64,000 bases of DNA from Candidatus Moanibacter sp. (GTDB lineage Bacteria > Verrucomicrobiota > Verrucomicrobiia > Opitutales > UBA2987), in contig CBDCEW010000100.1 of assembly GCA_965215885.1 (NCBI GenBank), positions 139,569 to 203,568 of the forward strand, in the 5' to 3' direction. Shown here piece after piece: positions 61,669 to 64,000 of the stretch (positions within the stretch are counted from its first letter, which is position 1; each line of letters opens with the position of its first letter). Under the pieces are notes generated by a model, which was not told where the DNA came from, did not search any database, and saw only the letters and a program-made list of their open reading frames with translations. A program made the translations under genes and the position numbers.

Positions 61669-63252
61669 TCACGAATCACTGATTGGTTTCGTGAGGTAGG
61701 GAGTGAGAAAGGCGATGGCGGCGAGGATGAGGTAGGCGAGAGTGACTTTAGAGAACTGGAGACCGAGAGTTCCGGTAACGTCAGCCTGGACAATTTCGTA
61801 GGCGTGAGTGAAGCCGATAGCAGAGAGGAAGGCGCCGGCCAGGAACCATCCGGCAGCGTAATTGAACTTCCTTTCAATGATGAAGACGGTGGCTGCGGCC
61901 AGGACCATACAGGAGTAGATATACCCCTGCTCGAGGGCGAAGAGGCCCGAGGAGAAAAAACCCGCTTTTTCCATGAAATCCTCATTCAGAGTCTGGGGAA
62001 AGGGATTTTCCGCTGTTCCGTAGCCGGTAGCGAGAAGGGTTCTTTTTACAATTAGCGAGGTGAAGGCGGCCATCGCGGGAATGAGCCCGATGAGGACGGC
62101 AGCGGTATGGCGACGCGGAACCGCCTCAAAAGCCTGCGCCGCCATGACGAGGCCTATCCAGATGACTAGCGCCATTCCGGCCTCGATCGGAATGATGTAA
62201 ATTACAAGACCTATCGTTCCGGTAAAGCAGATGAGGGCAATGGAGATGGCATTGAGGGTGGAATAACCGGCGCGTGAGCCAATCGCTTTCCACCCCGGAT
62301 GTCCCGGATAGATAGTTGTAGCGAAAGGGGAGCCGAAAAGGGCCGAACCCATGGAAGAGAGTCCGTTGAAGACGAGGGATGGCAAAGTGCGGTAGCGATC
62401 TCCGGCCGCCTCGGCCGACTCGACGTTCTGGACGGACAATACGACACTGAAGAATCCTATGGGAATGATAATAGGGAGATACTCGATCATGTAGGAAAAG
62501 GAGTTGAGAAGTTCGCCTATGACGGGAATAGGTGGATTAAAGCCAATGTTTTCGACCGACAGTTCTCCGACAGGGACAACATTCGAGCCTTCAATGAAAT
62601 GCATGATCCACGCCAGAGTCGTTCCGATTATGAGGACGATGAGGCCGCCGGGGATTCCCAGGCGCGGGCGCATACGGCCGAAGTAGAGAACCATGGCGAC
62701 TCCAAGCGTAGTCAGTCCGATAATGGGGTAGGCGTAGCTGCGAAACATGTAGTCCAGGGAAAGAAAGGCGAAGCTGATTCCGGCCAGAACGGTGAGAAGA
62801 GCGGCGCGAGGAGTTACCCTTCGCAGGTAATCGGCGACGAAGCCTCCCAATAGCTCAATGAGACCCGATATGAAGCATGCGATCAGTCCCGCTCGCCATC
62901 CCACAAGACTGGCCTCTTCGGGGGAGAGTCCCGCTGCTTCCGCTTTGAGTTTAGCCGGAAACATGACCAGGAAGACGAATGCAATAAACATGACCAGACT
63001 AATGCCGAAGGGCATGGCGCAGACATCGTCCCTGCCTTCGCGGGCAGCAAGCTGATGAGCCTGATAAGAGTAGAAGAGGTTTCCTATGAGGAGGGCGACA
63101 GCCGATGCCGGCAGCACGCGACTGAAGAAGAGATCAACCGGAAAGAAGAGGGGAAACCCGAGACACATGTTGCTCATGAGGATGAGCATGAGCAGGTTGT
63201 CCAGAAAGAGGGCAACGAATCCGTCGATGTCGCCTTTGACGAAGAGTTTCAT
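61669..63252 (-). CDS. NCS2/AzgA-like nucleobase permease
   Basis: GDIDGF, ESAEAAGD, TTIYPGHPGWKAIG; many TM helices. Confidence 0.82.
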   Translation of the reverse strand: MKLFVKGDIDGFVALFLDNLLMLILMSNMCLGFPLFFPVDLFFSRVLPASAVALLIGNLFYSYQAHQLAAREGRDDVCAMPFGISLVMFIAFVFLVMFPAKLKAEAAGLSPEEASLVGWRAGLIACFISGLIELLGGFVADYLRRVTPRAALLTVLAGISFAFLSLDYMFRSYAYPIIGLTTLGVAMVLYFGRMRPRLGIPGGLIVLIIGTTLAWIMHFIEGSNVVPVGELSVENIGFNPPIPVIGELLNSFSYMIEYLPIIIPIGFFSVVLSVQNVESAEAAGDRYRTLPSLVFNGLSSMGSALFGSPFATTIYPGHPGWKAIGSRAGYSTLNAISIALICFTGTIGLVIYIIPIEAGMALVIWIGLVMAAQAFEAVPRRHTAAVLIGLIPAMAAFTSLIVKRTLLATGYGTAENPFPQTLNEDFMEKAGFFSSGLFALEQGYIYSCMVLAAATVFIIERKFNYAAGWFLAGAFLSAIGFTHAYEIVQADVTGTLGLQFSKVTLAYLILAAIAFLTPYLTKPISDS

Positions 63253-63365
63253 GGTCGGGTAATTGGGGTCAAGAAGGCCCTAGCGCAACGTAGCTGCATC
63301 CAAAGAAAAGAAGAGAACCGGTCTGCCGTACGGCAGACCACTGGAGTTTGGCCTTTTACTAGATA

Positions 63366-64000
63366 GACCTTATCCGAAAAGCTACTGATTGGCCGCAAAG
63401 AGGCGCAAAAGGCGCAAGAAAAACTTGAGAAAAATCATTTTTTGGCTTGATAAAAAGTGTCGCAACATGCTAGTGTTTAACAACCTAAGATTAAGAAAGG
63501 AGTTAAACATGCCAACATGTGCGACAGAGGAGAACAAAAGCGATAAGACGCCCCTTAGCAACCTCATTCTGCCGGTTCCAGACACGGATTTCCGTGATTT
63601 TCTGGATGAAGTTGAAGAATTGGCCGGGTTCGCGGCGCAAATCATCGAGGCGATCGAGAAGGATCTGGACGCCCATGCGCGTGAGAAGAAGAAACTTCGA
63701 TTGGAAGATCGCAGGTTCTTTGAAGGGCGCACAGCGGAGCTGCCGGAGCTGGACATCGAGGAGGAGAATATTCTGGCTGCTGAATTGAATCTTGGGGCAG
63801 GCCGGCCGCGGATGCCGGCTTATGCGGTATACGTGTTCGTGATGATTCGAGGGTTTCTGGGTTCGTTGACCACGAAACCGGCACGGCGGTTTGTGCGCGA
63901 GTCGATGAGCTTGTACGGATTTTTGCAGAGCGGGGGACTGAGAATGCCGGCGGTGACGACGATTCTGGAGAACGTGAACCTGGTCAGCCATACGACCCGC
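63366..64000 (+). mobile_element. DDE insertion sequence, copy 3 (runs off the window; transposase ATG at 63509)
   Basis: Near-identical to 26184 onward; left flank TAGATA. Confidence 0.92.

Noticed and set aside
1..64000. tRNA, rRNA or SRP RNA genes
   Set aside because: No T-loop/cloverleaf or rRNA signatures were noticed by eye; a tRNAscan/Infernal run is needed to exclude them formally.

Overview
A 64 kb bacterial window. It is probably Verrucomicrobiota (Opitutales-like), inferred from the 'VTLSEFEV' TonB-receptor N-terminus and the Lys-rich DksA; this was not checked against a database. The first ~14 kb is housekeeping: DksA-like, ileS, gpmI, ffh, sodA, tadA, infA, heme/Fe ABC, dtd, mpg. 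The rest is an accessory catabolic region with oxidoreductases, DUF3604-like metallo-hydrolases, sulfatases, two TonB-dependent receptors (one behind a TPP riboswitch) and purine/nucleoside enzymes. It is dense with mobile DNA: one IS110, three copies of a DDE IS with TA-NN-TA target duplications, one ISL3, a 2 kb quasi-palindrome of IS1380-like halves, an integron-integrase scrap and several REP/MITE-like repeat families. The best finding is a complete IS110 element (19234-20935, minus strand) whose 5' non-coding end contains a readable bridge RNA. Its target loop matches a dispersed repeat (TAGGAATCTGTCGGA) present several times in the window, its donor loop matches the element's circle junction, and that junction builds a TTGACG-17-TATAGT promoter. 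Other leads are a subtilase-fold protein with Cys at the catalytic Ser position, a 39-aa Cys-rich protein behind an ArsR gene, a candidate sRNA, an HxG-type Fe/2OG enzyme, and two signal-peptide-bearing MTAP-like paralogs. All calls come from manual reading and motif recognition; no searches were run.
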